A stretch of DNA of 63,596 nucleotides, counting the filler, from Sphacelaria rigidula (Eukaryota), in assembly GCA_964200075.2 (NCBI GenBank). It is 7 parts of 7 records of this genome, joined end to end, with 100 filler letters (N's around TTAATTAATTAA, not from the genome) between each part and the next. Parts side by side here need not be neighbours in the genome. Positions count along the whole stretch, not along the records: positions 54,598 to 63,596 come from CAXNAA020009557.1; 6 more parts are not named here. The stretch is one strand, 5' to 3'. The notes beneath the pieces were generated by a model that saw only the letters and a list, made by a program, of their open reading frames with translations, searched no databases and was not told the DNA's origin. Of this stretch, positions 61,021 through 63,596 are shown one piece after another. The position numbers and the translations under genes were made by a program. The stretch's first letter is position 1; each line of letters opens with the position of its first letter.

Positions 61021-61854
61021 GCTTGTAGCAACGGCGTGCACGCAGAGAGGCATGATGCCCTCAGAGTTATGATCGATGAAACGGTCGAGGGACCTGATCC
61101 GTCGAAACTCCTCGATCGATGGCAGACGATTTCGCGAGTGACGTCACACACGATCGAAAACTCTGCCGCCCATTGACGACTTCAGCCGTCTATCAAGGAT
61201 TCAGGACCGACTAGATTAGAGGAGAGATGGGTCCATCCCTCGAGAACACGGACTCGATTCGAGATGGGGGGAGTGTTGAATGAAAGTAGAACAGAAAATA
61301 CATAGATATACTCCCTTTCCCGAATTTTTATCCGTTCAGAAATAACGGGAACATTTATTTGTACTCCCGCCATCGAGAGCACCGCGGGCGCACATGAAAT
61401 AATCTCTGAGGAGCATTTTTCGTGCCAGAGACTGCACAAATGAGACCGCCGCAGGCTATTTCCTTCGTCGCGCCCAAACTCTGAAGAGGCAGGGGTGAAA
61501 GTTCGTATGCCGAGAAAACATATATCGTCACTAGGAAACTCTGCAACGACTCAATATATTCACACCGACATACCTTCGGCATTATCCGAGCTCGAACCGT
61601 TCACACACACGGAAAAACAGTGCTGAGTTACTGTGCGATGCAAGAGTCATAGCCGTATCACACGGGGAAAAGACGGTAATAAGAATTCTACAATATCATG
61701 CTCAACTAGAGGCATACGCCATGCACCTTACATCTCGGATCCTCAAATTCCATAATTTTAGTCACTGTACCGCCGCCAAAATACGGTTTCAGTGAACACC
61801 GGGAAGAGCAAAAATTGAGGCAAAAGGAAAAAAAAAAATCTTGTTTGCACGTAG

Positions 61855-62079
61855 CTACGGTAGCTCAAGCCGATACAAGTCATTCCTCTTCTGAAGTGAA
61901 ACGGGCACGCTCTGTCGGACCTCCTCCACTCGACCGATATCCAGCTCGGCGGTTACCAAGGCGCTGTCGTGCTCGGTTGTGGCCACCACGCTCCCCCAGG
62001 GATCTACGATCGAGCTGTGGCCCCAGGCTTGGTACTTGGATCCAGGATTTCGCGCCGGCGACGCAGTTAGTACATAGCA
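61855..62079 (-). CDS. NIT2: Omega-amidase NIT2-like (carbon-nitrogen hydrolase), last exon
   Basis: GACAG|TGC acceptor; CYVLTASPARNPGSKYQAWGHSSIVDPWGSVVA...AELDIGRVEEVRQSVPVSLQKRNDLYRLELP*. This frame is absent from the ORF track. Confidence 0.92.
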   Translation of the reverse strand, partial: CYVLTASPARNPGSKYQAWGHSSIVDPWGSVVATTEHDSALVTAELDIGRVEEVRQSVPVSLQKRNDLYRLELP

Positions 62080-62656
62080 CTGTCGAGGGCATACAACATG
62101 CGTCAGCGAGGGGAAGCGGGTTGGAGGAAGGTACTAACATTAGGCGTTCCTGAGCTGGTAGACCGTTTGCCATACGTGTTCGACACACACCCCGGACAAT
62201 AGATTACATTGCCAAAAAGTGTACTGCGTACAGTATCGACTATTGCGTCTATTGCTATTGACAATAGATCCCATACTATACGCAGTATATTTTTTGGCAA
62301 CGTGATTCGTTGTCCAGGGTGTGCTTTGACATGACACGTGGTCGCACATATATTCGGAGCGCCTCGGTCGTTGAACCTCTGACTACGTCTCCTCGCGAGG
62401 ACGAGGCAAGGAGCACTTATGCGTTGAGGGCATTCGCAGGATGGTCAGTCGTGGTACCGTTCGTTGCTCATGTGCCGCGCGTATCCTCAACAACGCGCTG
62501 CCGTTTTCATCAGCGGGGGTGGGCATCAATGAGCTGCGGTACCCAGCAACACAGAGGAAATTGCCTCGCCGTGAATATTCGCAACAGTTGTTCAACCATT
62601 CTAAACTCGCGACGGGTGAAGAGCCTCTGACAGTACATATAACCACTTATTTTCAC

Positions 62657-62876
62657 CTGGTTGTCGACAGCACGAGATCTTTGCAGCAATTCCCAATGGG
62701 CGGGGCCCGTGGTCATGTTAAACGCTCCGGGAAAGCACAACAGAACGGCGCCCGCCGCGCGCATCGCCATACTGAGCTCGGGAAAGCGAATATCGTAGCA
62801 AATCCCCACGCCAATTTTTCCGTAGGGTGTATCCACGGTGGTGATCCTGTTCCCCGGACTCAGGGTATCGGACTCT
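62657..62876 (-). CDS. NIT2: Omega-amidase NIT2-like, penultimate exon with the catalytic Cys
   Basis: [57 protein letters not shown] donor in phase 0 with the next exon; acceptor position uncertain by 2 nt. Confidence 0.92.
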
Positions 62877-63596
62877 CTATTGGGGGTGGGGGCACGAAAA
62901 GTGGGGACGAACACCAGGTAGGGAAGGCGTTTGTGCGTTTTTCACCAGTGCTACACGACGCCGGGTTTAGTTGTCGAGGTAGAAAGGAAAAGAAAGACTG
63001 CGGAGAGGGGCTGCCACAACGAACAACGAGATAAAGTTTTTCCATGGTGGTGCATGACAGGCTGTATACGTCGCTGTTGTAGCAGGAAAAACCGACTCGT
63101 ACATGCAAGGGACGCCGGAGGGAGAGAGACGTTTGTGCCGCGGTCGTACAGAAGCGTTTGGTGATACAAAGATATCGTATCGCAACCCCCTTGAGAGAGA
63201 ATGGACTGATGCTTTGAGACCACGGACTCGTCTCGAGGAAGAAGATGGGGTATAGAGTGTGCCTTGTGATCAAATTCACTCGCGAGACGTCATGATGAAT
63301 GATACTTCCAAGCTGAAACCAACAGTGGGGGCCGCATAGGCCAGGTGTAAACGGCGACTGTTGCTACGATCCACTGCTACCGTTGCCAGCGCCATCGCAT
63401 AACGCCACTTCAACCCTTTTGGAGCCGTTGATAGAAAGTGAACGACTTACAAACTCCCATATGCGGGCTTTTGTCTTCGGGAAAACGTCACTCCGAGTTC
63501 GGTGCACGAATCTGTCACATGAGTATAGTTGACGGTTAGGACGGATCATCACGACTAAGAATCACCAAATTCACGATTTCTTCGGCCTGATTGCCC

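Overview
This is eukaryotic, repeat-rich genomic DNA. Spliceosomal GT-AG introns and the repeat style suggest a stramenopile such as a brown alga, but that is inference. It is not one locus: seven unrelated contigs (9000, 9000, 9000, 8999, 8999, 8999, 8999 bp) are joined by six identical 100-nt N44-TTAATTAATTAA-N44 linkers. Mobile content: at least six decayed Ty3/Gypsy fragments (three nested in contig 1), MITE/foldback families definable by TIR and TSD (Tc1/mariner TA, hAT 8 bp, two groups with 4-bp TSDs), tRNA-derived SINEs and tandem arrays. Two host genes are well supported: the last two exons of a NIT2-like omega-amidase, and three exons of a >1200-aa acidic Ala/Glu/Val-rich repeat protein ending in a CaaX box. 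Best candidates for novelty: (i) a Gypsy integrase, in two diverged copies, with a chromodomain followed by a second Tudor/PWWP-like barrel; (ii) ~440-460 bp palindromic elements with AACA...TGTT ends and 4-bp TSDs that I cannot assign to a superfamily; (iii) the giant CaaX-tailed acidic protein. No CRISPR, rRNA or true tRNA gene was found.
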